Below are positions 25,854-37,950 of a DNA stretch of 64,000 nt, piece after piece. The position numbers were made by a program, and so were the translations under genes. Each line of letters starts with the position of its first letter. The stretch's first letter is position 1. Source of the stretch: Octopus sinensis (taxonomy: Eukaryota). Where the stretch lies: NCBI RefSeq assembly GCF_006345805.1, contig NC_042997.1, positions 140,864,001-140,928,000 of the forward strand. Direction: 5' to 3'. The notes beneath the pieces were generated by a model. It worked only from the letters and a program-made list of their open reading frames with translations, did no database searches and was not told the origin of the DNA.

Positions 25854-27425
25854 TTCGAGACAAAACCAATATTTTGCAAAACAAACAAGGAAAGACTTAA
25901 TCAATACCTAAAAATTTTAATATAAAATAAATAAACCGCCACTACAATCGTTTCATGTCTTCAAATGACATTCGTCAGGTGGATTCCGATCTTCTAATCA
26001 GTTTTAATTTATATAAATTAAAACTGATTAGAAGATCGGAAATCCACCTGACGAATGTCATTTGAAGACATGAAACGATTGTAGTGGCGGTTTATTTATT
26101 TTATATTAAAATTTTTATGTATTGATTAAGTCTTTCCTTGTTTGTGTTGCAAAATAGTGGTTTTGTCTCGAATTAATATTATATAATATTTTACTATAAA
26201 ATTGGATTTAATCCTAAATCTGATTTTTTCCCTGTAAATTTGGATTTATTCCCTAATATTTATTATTATTTATATATATATATATATATATGTCTGTGTA
26301 TATGTGTGTCTGTGTTTGCCCCCTACCCCCACCCACATCGCTTGACAACCGATCCTGGTGTGTTTACGTCCCCGTAACTTAGCGGTCCGGCAAAAGAGAC
26401 CGATAGAATAAGTCCTAGGCTTACAAAGAATAAGTCATGGAGTCGATTTGCTTGACTAAAGGCGGTGCTCCAGCATGGCCGCAGTCAAATGACTGAAACA
26501 AGTAAAAGAGTATATTCTTAGAAATCCTACCATAGGTACAGAGCAGTCTTTGGAATTTCGGTATCCATTTATTCTTTCGAGTGAGATTTGTATGTTGTTG
26601 ATGTCATTGGAACTTATAAACTTTCGAGAGAACGCGACATAATCATTTTCAGGAAATAGATCTTGAAGCACACTTCAAGCTAAATAGTAGAACGCATTGT
26701 GTGTATTTATGTATGTACGTACATACGTACACACACACGGACACACACACATAGTCCCACTGCATGGCGCCTTGGGAAAGTGTCTTTAACTATAGCCTTA
26801 GTCCGACCAAAGTCTTGTGAGTGGATTTGGTAGGCGGAAACTGAAAGAAGCCGGTCGTATATACTCTGATTCTTTTCTTTTACTTGTTTCAGTCATTTGA
26901 CTGCGGTCATGTTGGAACACCGCCTTAAAGGGTTGAGGAAATCGACCCCAGAACTTAATCTATTCTGTCGGTCTGTTTTGCCGAATCCCTAAATTACTGG
27001 GACGTAAGCGCACCAACATCGGTTGTCACTCGATGGTGAGGGTCGGGGGGCAAACACGGATACGAAGGCTCACACATAAATACATATATATGTATAGCCC
27101 GAGGCTGTAGTATATCACACTTGCCCAAGGTGTCACACAGTGCGATTGAACCCTGAACCATGTATTTGGGAAGCAAGCTTCTTTTATTCATTATATTGGC
27201 CATAAATGCCTTACATAGAAGGGAAGCTACGGGCTGGACATAGACATAATGTTATGAAATGACAAATGAAAAATTATGATAAATGAGGGTAACAAACAAC
27301 GCCCACCGATTGCTGCTTACCCGAGAATAATGATATTATTACGAGGTAACAAACCTCTTACATTTTTTACAATTCAAAAACAAAAATGAGGCACTAAGCC
27401 TCTTACCTTTATTTTGAACTTTCAT
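20149..27425 (-). CDS. Tentative 5-exon uncharacterised gene, 151 aa (exons 27425-27407, 26661-26531, 23102-22967, 21415-21394, 20296-20149)
   Basis: All introns GT-AG, phases 1,0,1,2 are consistent, and 456 nt are stop-free until TGA. I recognise no homology. The exon 2 acceptor and exon 3 donor are weak and were chosen to fit frame. Confidence 0.35.
20922..21236 (-). mobile_element. SINE family C (head ATGGCTTAGTGGTTAGGG; body GTCCACTCAGCTGGCAAAAATGA)
   Basis: Related copies at about 7205-7490, 21925-22220, 41456-41592 and 54858-55100. Confidence 0.8.
24021..24907. mobile_element. Non-autonomous mariner element built from two inverted 5' ends, nested in a SINE
   Basis: TIRs TACGTGGTCCGATCAATAAGTATCCGGACTGTTGC / GCAACAGTCTGGATACCTATTGATCAGACCTCGTA. 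Both arms begin MTEKV; the minus arm encodes EWFRHF..GRKNVDSDERSG and LGMRRVSAKFMPKLL. Confidence 0.85.
25939..25982 (-). ncRNA. Type I minimal hammerhead ribozyme (inverted copy)
   Basis: Exact reverse complement of 26044-26087. Confidence 0.8.
26044..26087 (+). ncRNA. Type I minimal hammerhead ribozyme (Penelope-type)
   Basis: CCAC-CTGACGA-ATGTC/GACAT-GAAA-C GATT GT-A-GTGG. Intact core, stems I and II paired, GUA cleavage triplet ending at 26083. Confidence 0.8.
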
Positions 27426-27580
27426 GCCCGACCAGGCTCCTCGCCTCATTCAAACACCCGGACGGTGCCAAGTCGGGCTATTTTAACATGGATCTAAAGG
27501 TGTCCTCGGGGAAGGAGTCCATCACCCTGCAAGCTTCTTACCACACTTCACACCTGCGCTTACTATACAGTTTCCGTCTG

Positions 27581-27658
<78 letters not shown>

Positions 27659-28457
27659 CGTGTTTTTTTCAGTTTCCGTCTACTAAATTCACTCAGAAGG
27701 CCTTGATTGGGCCGAGGCTATAGTAGAAGACATTTGCCCAATGTACCACGCACTGAGATTGAAACCGAAACCACGTGGTTGCAAAGTGAGCTTCTTAATC
27801 CACAGAGTCATGTTTAATATCTGGAATTTCTTATGATTTTTTTTCTCCTGCTGGGAATATAAACCGTAATTGCATTTTGGAACAAGTAATATATTTCATA
27901 TATCTTGAGAAATTCAGAGTAATTATATTTGAAATTATCTATTTTATCCATTGTGCTGAGTGCTGTCTTTCGTTTCCTTGGTTCCTTAAGTTTCTCCGAT
28001 ACTCCTATGGAGACACAAGCGACATCATCCTTGTGGTATGGGAAATTATATTGAATATACATCTTTTATTGCATCAGTTGGTAGAAAAATGTGTTTTATC
28101 TATTTACACTCACAGCTAAAGCAATCATCAAAAATTTAATTTCATGAATCAATACTGATAAAATAGGGGAAAAAATTTGTATTTTTTCTCCCAGAAGATT
28201 GTTTACATTAGAAGAATCTATGAAATAGATGTTTGTCTATTTCAGAGGTACTACTAATGAAAACAAAACCAGAGAGAAAAAAGTGCGTTAAGTCTTTGTA
28301 ATAAAATAGATTAGTGGGCGAAAAAGAGAATCGATGAGGGAGAGCGAAAAATGCGAGAAAAAGACAATGTAGGAGAATAAAGAAAAGAAGAGAAAAGGGG
28401 ATATATGTTAGTGAAAGAGACATATTTGCAAGTTTACATTTTAACCACCAACACCAT

Positions 28458-28493
<36 letters not shown>

Positions 28494-29223
28494 CACAGCT
28501 GCTGCTGCTACTGCCGCTGCTGCTGCTAATAATAATAATAACATATACATGCATACACACACACCCACACACACATATGCGTGGCTATGTGAGTATTTAT
28601 ACAGATGAAATTATATATACACACATGTACATATGCTCATATATCTACAGGCGCGCGCGAACACGTGCGTGCATATTAAAAAAATCGATCATTGTAATTC
28701 CATTATTATAAGCTAAGTCATTTGAATATTCAATTAAGTCATGAAACGAAGATTCCACTTTACAATTAATTTCCGCCCTCCGTGACACAGAAAAAGGAAA
28801 TTAATTGCGAATATGTTCTTCTTTTAATGCAGTCGAATGTATTAAGCCATATGAAAAATTAATAAACAAATACAGATTAAGTACGTATGATAAATATATT
28901 TATCTACAAATGGAAATAAATGCAAAATTAAATAAAACAAATGCTTAATCCACCCACCCATAGGTGAGGAGATATCATATAAGTTGGTTCAGGTGCGCTT
29001 TTGGTATTGGGAGCTGGGTCAGTCAAAAGAGTTTGTGAAAATCCCCGGTGTTGGATTAGCTTCGAATCCTTTTACGTTATTTGAGAAGTTCAGATAAAGG
29101 CGCAGAAATGGCTGTGTGGTTAAAAAATTCGCTTCACAACGACGTCATTTCGGGTTGACTGATAGTTTTTGTGCTATAACTCCAGTCCGACCAATACTTC
29201 TAAGCTGAACCTGGAAGATCGAA

Positions 29224-29255
<32 letters not shown>

Positions 29256-29295
29256 CATACACACATACAGGTGTGTATGCCCTCCTATAATACTG

Positions 29296-29370
<75 letters not shown>

Positions 29371-29423
29371 TATATATATAATATATAAATATATGCATAT
29401 ATACATACATATATGTACATACC

Positions 29424-29482
<59 letters not shown>

Positions 29483-29487
<5 letters not shown>

Positions 29488-30171
29488 TATATGGGTACAG
29501 GACATAAAAAAACGTTGAACACAATGAGAAACGAAAACATAAAAACAAAAACATAGAAACGAACTTTTTTCGAACAACGAAAAATACAAACAGAGAAACG
29601 AGACATACAACATAAAGAATATTCCCCTTCTTCAGTTGTCCCCGTTTCAACTACTTCACGTTTCGAAGGCAAGGACAAGACGCGACTTTGTTAAAACAGT
29701 CCTTCCTGCAAAGCAAATTAAATAAAATTTGGGATTTTTTGCGGAGGGTGAAAGTGGTAACAAGAACAGGACAGTGAGAACAAAACAGTAAAAGACAGAA
29801 CAATGAGATCAAAACAGTAAAAACAACAAAAAAGTAAAGACAGTAAAAGACAGAACAATGAGAACAAAACAGTAAAATCAAACGATGGTGTCGAAGGCTT
29901 CATTATTAAGAGGATTGTGTTTGATGTATGGTGGGGTTTTTGGTTGTAAATCCTTCTTTAATTTGGAATGCCTCAGTTCGTGGATGTTGAGTTGTAGGAC
30001 ACGTTGGAAGCATATATCAGTTAGTGGTGGTGGGTAGTTCCTGGTGATGAGCGTATCCTTTAGTTCATGAAGTCGTGTGTCCCTGGTGCTTGTATTAGAA
30101 ACTATAGTACACATCCTTTTTGCTAGGTTGAAAGGGATATTCATTCCATCCCAGATGCAAACAATGCGCAT
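29483..30171 (-). mobile_element. Penelope-like element fragment (RT C-terminus plus LTR-like tail)
   Basis: NIPFNLAKRMCTIVSN..R..RLHELKDTLITRNYPPPL. Confidence 0.7.
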
Positions 30172-30275
30172 GCGCGAAATTTAAAATATATAATGGCGAC
30201 AATTTACCCTGTACCCTGTACCACCAATTAGAATTCCTCTGAAAAATATGTAAGCATTAGCCTTTTGTACGAGGC

Positions 30276-30395
30276 TGCCCTGATGATATCTGGTTATACT
30301 GTAGTTCCTTTACATCTAGAACTCTTAACATGGTTCGAATCCTGCGGATCCGAAGTACTGTTTACCTAATAACAAGATTGAAACATGTGTAGGCA
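30276..30395 (+). ncRNA. Type I hammerhead-like motif with a long helix II insertion
   Basis: TGCC-CTGATGA ... GAAA-C ATGT GT-A-GGCA. Helix II pairs ATCT/AGAT and GTTAT/ATAAC around a large insert, but its first pair is U-U. Confidence 0.55.
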
Positions 30396-30509
30396 CTGTG
30401 TATGCTTATTTTTCTGTTAATTTATGTTCCTTCAAATTCTATCCGTGTTAAATGGTTTATTATGTTTTTATAGTGATACAAATAAAATAAGCATACACAA
30501 TATATTTTT

Positions 30510-30546
<37 letters not shown>

Positions 30547-33421
30547 ATCGATGTCTGTTATGGTGGAACGTCGGGCTTACCAGTTGACCAGTTGTAACAG
30601 TAGGGTTAAGGTGAAATCAGTGGTTACCAGTATATTGATGCCTGTTATGATAGTTGTAACAATATGCAACGGCTCTTGCCGCATCAGAAGGAAGTAGTTC
30701 TTTACAGTCGGGGTGACCATTTGTGGCGGTAATGATATTCATTGCAGTCGAGGATCACCAATATAACGGTTGGTATTATGTTATATGTTGGAGTTGGCTG
30801 TTAGCGATTGTAACGAGTGTTGCTGTTGTAGATGTGCAAGATGAATGAAGAACAGCGATCGAAGTTGTAAAGAAATATTTATTTACCGTTACGACGGGCA
30901 GGTGTGATATAATTGAAAGAGCATGCGAGGTTAAGAAAGTTAATTTCAGCGTGTATGTGTGTACACGTTCTTATTGTAATAGTAAATCATAGATAGTGAT
31001 AGAATGATGTTGTAAGAAAATAAAAAAACATTGAGTTAATAAAAGTTATAGAGTTGAGGGACGTTGTGACTCATAGTTGGCTGATTGTAACCTCCTTTCT
31101 CCCTCTGGCCGTTTGGTTTCAAGTGGCTGCCTGCTTGTGGCCATGACTCTAGTTATCCGTTCACTAATTAATTTTGCCTTGCCAAATTCTAGTATTCACA
31201 ACTATCCAAAACTAGTTAGAAGGGGAAACATATTGTTGAGAACAATAAATTTCGTTGGGGGTGTGTTATGGCCTAGTAGAGGTTAGACGGGTCAAGTGGC
31301 AAAGACATTATTCTGCTTAGCGAAGTCATCTGGCAAATGTAACTCATAGAAAAACTATTGTTTTACTGTAAGAAAAGTGCTGTTGATCTCTTCAGTGAAC
31401 TTTGGCGATCGAAGTTCGAATCTACGTTATTCCTGCATGAATAAAAAGTCACTGAAGACATCACAAGATGTGTGACGAAAGAGCTTAGATAAAGGACACT
31501 CTTCTACTACTACTACTACTACTACTAAGGGTGAAGTGAAGCCAAAATATGACCGTCCCCAAATATAACAATAAATAAAAATAAATGTTAAATGAATAAA
31601 TAAAAACGCATACACAAACACTTTCTTCATCAAAGGAACGGTGTTGAAGTCCAACTTTACGTGAATCCATCTAAAAGACGTCTGTACACTTCAACACGCG
31701 AATATTATGAATATAATGATAATGATGATTATGATGATGATAATGATAATGATTTCGAATTTTGGCACGAGGCCAGCTATTTTATGAGAAGGATATTAGT
31801 CGATTACATCGACTCCATACTTGACAGGTACTTTATTTTATCAATCTCAAAATGATGAAAGGCAAAGCTGACTTCGGTGGGATTTGAACTCAGAATGTAA
31901 TTGCAGCTAAGCATTTTGTCCGATACAGGCCTGATATGTTTCGATTAGAAAAGAACAGTTATGTACAATCATAGAAGTCAGATACCCAGCGGATGCGAAC
32001 ATTTCTTTGAAAGTCTCTGCAAAAGGAAACTGTTTATAGACAACTGCTTCGAAAGCTGCGGGTTTTCAACCTGGCTTACAGATTCACATTTATGCCATTG
32101 ATCATCGGCGCACTTGGGCTATGCGAAAAAAAAATATGAAAGTGATAATTTGGAAAAAAAAACATTAAACGCAGCTAACACGTACTTTACAAATATAATT
32201 GCCAAAGCAGAACGATAAAATTAGTGGCGTAGTTAGTGTGTGTGTGTCGCTCAGGGCAACCTTTGAGTTTGCCCCACCCTGGGAGTAATACCTGGATATT
32301 AAAAATATTTTAAATTCAGTACAGTCTATATGAGCTTATACACCTGGTACACAAGTTCCAGCCCCATAAAAGCAGTTCCCGGGATCGGATCGTCCCCAAT
32401 CTCTAATTATGCTACTGTCCAAAATCTTTCAAAGTTCAACAGACGTGACTATGCGGTAAGAACTTTGCTTGCCAACCAAATGGTTCCGGGTTCAGTTCTA
32501 CTGCGTGGCACCTTGGGCAAGTCTCTTCTACTATAGCTCCGGACCGACCAAAGCTTTGTGAGTGGATTTGGTAGACGGAAACTGAAAGAAGCACGTCGTA
32601 TATATGCACACATGTATATTTATTTGTTTTTGTGCGTGTATTTGTCACCTACCATCGTTTGACAACCGGTGTTACTTTGTTTATCCCTTTCTAACTTAGC
32701 AGCTCAGCAAAAAGTGACTGATAGTAAAAGTTTTAGGCTTAAAAATATAATAGGTACTGGGATAGATTCGTTCGACTAAAAACCTTCGAGGCGAAGCCCC
32801 AGCTTAGCCGCAGTCTAGTGACTGAAGCGAGTAGAAGGTAAAATATGTAACGTGTATGACTGTTGTTATCTACACTCCAGCGATGAAGCTTTGTTTCTAC
32901 CTTTAGAAAACAGCTTCTTCTTGATTCAAGTGATTTATCTTTTATCTTTCACTTGTTTCAGTTATTAGACTATGGCCATGCTGAGGCATCGACTTGGAGA
33001 ATTTTAGACGGATGAATCGACTCAGTACGTTTATATTTTTAAAGCCTGGATTTTATTCTATCAGTGTGTTTTGCCGAACCGTGAAGTTTCAGAGACGTAA
33101 ACCCACCACACTGGTTGTCAAGCGGGGACGATTACAGACACAAAGACACATACTCACAGATAAATATATACATATATATATACAGATGTATATACATATA
33201 TATATATATATATAACGGGCTTCTTTCAGTTTCCGTCACAAGGCTTTGGTTGGCTCGAAGCTATAGTAGAAGACACTTGCCCAAGGTGTTATGTACTGGG
33301 ACTGGACATAGAACCATGTGGTTGGGGAGCAAGCTTCTTAACACATAGCCACCCCTGAAAAAGAAAAAGCTTTGAAAAGAATACGCATGTGAAACAAAAG
33401 AAGTATTTTATAAAAAAAAAA

Positions 33422-33858
33422 GGCGCAGGAGTGACTGTGTGGTAAGAAGCTTGCTTTCCAACCGCATGGTTCCGGGTTCAATCTCACTGCGTGGCACCTT
33501 GGCCAAATTTCTTCTACTATAGCATCGGGCCGACCAAGCCTTGTGAGTGGTTTTGGTAGACGGAAACTGAAAGAAGTCCGTAGTATGTATGTATGTATGT
33601 ATGTATGTATGTATGTATGTATGTATGTATGTATGTATGTATGTATGTATGTATGTGTGTGTCTGTGTGTCCCCACCATCGCTTGACAACCGATGCTGGT
33701 GTGTTTACGTCACCGTAACTGAGTGGTTTGGTAATAAACACCGATAGAATAAATACTAGGCTTACAAAGAATAAGTCCTGGGATCGATTAGCTCGACTAA
33801 AGGTAATGCTCCAGTATGGCCGCAGGCAAATGACTGAAACAAGTAAATGAGTAAATAA
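33422..33858 (+). mobile_element. SINE family A, full length, with a (TATG)n core
   Basis: Same head, body and tail as 46843-47275. Confidence 0.85.
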
Positions 33859-34762
33859 GAATACATAAATATGTAAAAGTAATTGTGGACGAGAGATGTC
33901 AACTCCCTTAACTAGCTGTTTTGTATTAAATTTTGAAATAGAAAAAATATATTGCTTTAGTGTAACAGCTTTTGTATACTATTTGTATACTTTTAGATTT
34001 GCAAAAATTAATAAAGCAAACTACATAAAATTCAGTAATTAGAAACAGAAAAAAAAAATCGAAATTACTGTTAACCTTGCTTACTTCACATTAATTGTTA
34101 CGTAAATCTAACATGCGACCAAATTTATAGCATAATAAGAGTTATCTCCCTTCTCAATGTAGGTCGTTGAGAATTATTTCCCTTGACACATAAATCTCAA
34201 TCGCTACGTCTTTTTTAACGAAATCCGTCTAAAATCAAAAAAAGAAAAAAAAAAGTGCGGACGCACACATCACTATTATTAATAAATCGGTGTAATATAT
34301 ATTTGCGTTTATTACTTCCGCCTTAACGAATGGAGAGGTATTGTTTTCCATCGTGTTTGTTTGTCAGTGGAGAAGATATCTCAAGAACCACTGATTAGAA
34401 TTTTGTTGTCGATCCGGTACTGGACAAGGATTCTAGATCATTTTTCCTGTTTTTTTTCGTTTTTTTTTTTTTACTTAATTTTTGAAAGCGGTCGGGTTCA
34501 TTTTTAGTATTCTCGTTTGTGAAAGCAGTCGAGTTTATTTCAGATATTCTCATTTCAAAAATCATCTCTGGCTAATCGTTGGGAGGACGTTCGTGTTGTC
34601 GTTAGTGTTGTATCGAGTCATTTTTCTCCCTGTTGCAGTTAATGTGTGTTCGTTCCATGTGAGTTTTGTTATTGTTACTTTGTTATTGTTAAACTGTTAT
34701 ATTACTGAATTGTTGGATTTATTGGATTTATTGTTGCCTGCATTTTATTTTCTTCCCCATTT

Positions 34763-35023
34763 ATGGGTGAAGTTGTAGATAATATTATGGAAGGTAAACC
34801 AGCACCAGCACCAGCAGGCAGTTACGCTGCAGTAACTGGCAAGAGTCTAACAGCAGATATACTGCAAGTTGGAGAAATTGAACTAAACGAAACTAATTTC
34901 AAGAAGTATAAAGAATTATTGAGAAAGGAAGGAGACAGCCTGAGGCTGACTCCGCCTAAGATAGTCATAGACAAACAGAGAAAAAAAAAACAATTATATA
35001 TAGAACGCTGTCCCTTACAATAA
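34763..35023 (+). mobile_element. Possible LINE ORF1 N-terminus
   Basis: MEGKPAPAPAGSYAAVTG contains the SYAAV-type motif common in non-LTR ORF1/gag proteins; truncated. Confidence 0.4.
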
Positions 35024-35144
35024 AAAAGTACAAACCAGATCAAATGGAATTTCAGTGCTGCGTAATAGATAGAAAAGTAAGACATTACATGGTAAATAGC
35101 CTACAATGAGCTTTGATTGCTGTTGATACAAATATAACCTATCA

Positions 35145-35790
35145 GTGACTGGTTCTGGACTTAAATCAGAAACGGAGGGTTTCATTATCGCAGCTCAGGA
35201 TCAATGTCTGCCAGCCAGAAATTACCAAGCCAACATTCTTAAAAATGTTGCTGAACCTACTGACTATTTTTGTGGTACAGATAGAGAAGCAATTGACTAC
35301 CTCGACAACTTATCTATATTGGCCTCAAATGAGTATACACATCGCCATCATAGACTTAGTCAATATTTACTCTGGATCATATTCCGTTAGCTTGAGAACT
35401 GAAGGAAACATAAGTCTACCAAAGTACTAAAAAATAAAGACATCACCATTATTTGAGATTTTGTATTCAAACTAATTAAACTTTTCAGACTAATTCACCA
35501 GATATTGTAGTGAAAAGTCACATTGACAAAACAAATTTCATCACACTGTAACACCTCTGTGAAAACATTTGGAAAGTTAAGTAAAGACAAGGCCTTGAAG
35601 TAGAAGTCTCAAAAATGTGGCATCTCGGAACGCCAATTGTATCTGCGATCATCGGAGCTTTGAGAACAATGCCAGACAACACTCTTAAAGGCTATGTGCA
35701 AATACCAGGAAAACCAAGAGTATCAGAATTACAAAAATCGTTTTCACGGGTACAGATAACATCCTAAGAAAAACACTGTCAGCTTGATAA
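35145..35790 (+). mobile_element. Decayed R4/Dong-type (RLE) non-LTR retrotransposon 3' fragment
   Basis: GLKSETEGFIIAAQDQCL.ARNYQ..ILK and LASNEYTHRH; many frameshifts. Confidence 0.75.
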
Positions 35791-36042
35791 TATCTAAATC
35801 TTTTAAAATCTTTCGAAACCACAAATATTACAGCAAACTTTTACTGAAATTTTGTTTCTCTGTATTTATTTACCTTTTCCTAAAACGGATCATTGCTACT
35901 TATAAATAACACCTGCTGCAAAAGGTCGATCTTGCTGTTACTTAAGTCTCTGAGTGATGCTTGGAACAGGTCAAATAAAACAAGGCAACGACAGCGAAAG
36001 CATAATGATGATGATGCTGACGACGACGACAACAACAACTAC

Positions 36043-36080
<38 letters not shown>

Positions 36081-36109
36081 AAAAATAATAATAATGATAT
36101 TTCTCTTTT

Positions 36110-36360
36110 GATGCATCCTTCAGACTAAGCACTGTCTGTCCAAGAGCTATCCATGAAGGTATTGGCTTTGTGCTGTGTAAAAAAATTCCATTGAACTCGA
36201 ATGCTGTCTTTCCTTGCAATGTTGTAAGCTTCTTAATCCAGCACCTTTGAACTCCATCGGATCCAGGAGCCTTCCAACTAGGAATTTTGTGACACTGCAT
36301 CTTGACCATCTCTTCCTTGATACTTTACCTATTGACACTTGTTGCAATTCATTAAGCCTT
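36110..36360 (-). mobile_element. R4-type LINE pre-RT fragment
   Basis: WKAPGSDGVQRCWIKKLTTL...IPSWIALGQTVL..KD. Confidence 0.65.
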
Positions 36361-36407
36361 TCTGCATCCAAGTATTTATTATTATTATTATATTATTATT
36401 ATTATTA

Positions 36408-36450
<43 letters not shown>

Positions 36451-36527
36451 TTATTATTATTATTATTATATTATTATATTATTATTATTATTATTATTTA
36501 TTATTATTATTATTATTTATTATTATT

Positions 36528-36960
36528 AAGCGAGAGAGTAGCGCAGTTTATCAAAGTGATACTGTGATAAAATATACGAAGCCCAGTATACTCATCATAG
36601 CTACCCGTCTGATAACCGTATGTGCGCGACATTGTGATCTCATGTCAAGATAAACAGCGCATGACCTCGTAGGTGGAGCTTAGTTAGAGTTTTCTTTACG
36701 TCGAGTAGCCCATTCCGCTCGGAAGGTCCCTGAGTAAGGGATATTTAAGGATTTGAACGAAACACCCATGTTTCCAGAGGTGAATTATTCAAACCTCAAA
36801 GAATTTCTCTCAACACATGGCTATGATGCTCCCCCACTACTTCTGCTCGTGATCAGAGATGCCCATATTGTCAGCTACCAAGGGACACGCTCAACTGGTT
36901 ATGGTCAAACAACTGATAAGCAAATCTGTGGTACTGATAATCCTCTGTCCCTAAAAGGCA
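36528..36960 (+). repeat. Interspersed repeat with a deleted second copy at 62566-62740
   Basis: Shared GAGAGAGTAGCGCA..ATATACGAAGCCCAGTATACT and GGTGAATTATTCAAACC..CTCCCCCACTACTTC. Confidence 0.7.
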
Positions 36961-37189
36961 AACAAATCTGTGGTACTGAGCAGAATATTTGCTGTAGCCC
37001 ATTATTATTATTATCATCATCATCATCATCGTCGTCGTCGTCGTCGTCGTTGTTGTTGTTGTTGTTGCTGCTGTTGTTGCTGTCATTATTATCATTATTC
37101 AGTAATCATATTTTTATCATGTGCTTTCACTGCACTACCGAGCGCAGCCCTGTGTGCCTTGGTTATGTGCGGTGGTTTGTTGTGATGCT

Positions 37190-37950
37190 CTTATTTTCGC
37201 CTAATTGAAAGGGTTTTACGTAGGATGTGTGCGGTGCCTAGTAGTACTATTTTCTGTATGTTATATATACTTGTAAGTCCTGGTGCTTTTTTTATGTATT
37301 TGTCTGAATGTTCTTTTATCATACCTAATGCACCTACTATGATAGGAATTATTTCTGTTTTTAGGCTCCACAGTCGAGTTACCACTATTTACCAATCTTT
37401 ATATTTTGAAAGTTTACCCGTTTCTTTTTGAGAAACATTGTCATCTGCTGGTATTGATACATCGATTAGAAAGCATTTTATCTTGGTAACCTTTGACAAC
37501 TATATCCTGTGATTTGGCCTTAATTTCTCTATCTGTGTGTATTGGCATATCCCAGAGTATGGTTGCTTTCTCGTTTTCTGTGATCTTTTCTGGCGTGTGC
37601 CTATACCATCTTTTTTCTGTTGTTATTCCATAGTGTTTTCATAGTTTCCAGTATATATAGGTCCCAACTCTGTCGTGTCTGTGAATATATTTCTTCTGTG
37701 TCAGAGAAATATGATTTATTGTTTCTTCTCCATTTCCATATATTCTGCAGTTATTTGTATTTATTTTCATTACATGTTTTTGATGATTTCTGGCTTTGAT
37801 CTTGTGTTGCAGTCAAACATCTTTCAGTCTCTGCTTTGAGTCGTGAGCTTCTCAGCCATTGTTGAGATTTTGCTTTGTCTATTTCTTTTCTGTTTAATTC
37901 AACCCAATATTTGCCACAAAAGAGTTTTTCTTGCCATCGTTTTATCATGA
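37190..37950 (-). mobile_element. R4-type LINE C-terminal (RLE) fragment
   Basis: RLWSLKTEIIPIIVGALG...IQKIVLLGTAHILRKTLS; upstream WQEKLFCGKY..ELNRKEIDKAKSQQWL..LKAETE. Confidence 0.8.

Larger units (their letters stand above)
25841..26185. mobile_element. 345-bp near-perfect palindrome (inverted Penelope pLTR-like ends) inserted in the (TA)n tract of a SINE
   Basis: Arms are reverse complements with no spacer (centre 26012/26013) and few differences; each arm carries a hammerhead. Confidence 0.75.

Noticed and set aside
27814-28062. 82-aa minus-strand ORF
   Set aside because: No convincing donor or recognisable motif.
29623-29669. Type II-permuted hammerhead (minus strand; GAAAC..GTA..CTGAAGA)
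   Set aside because: Helix I needs an unpaired extra G and helix II is weak; probably a degenerate or non-canonical Penelope motif.
30540-31330. Possible LTR retrotransposon remnant
   Set aside because: No paired LTR, PBS or recognisable pol motif found.
31445-31492. Hammerhead-like CTGAAGA...GTGACGAAA
   Set aside because: Helix I and the cleavage site cannot be formed; decayed copy at best.
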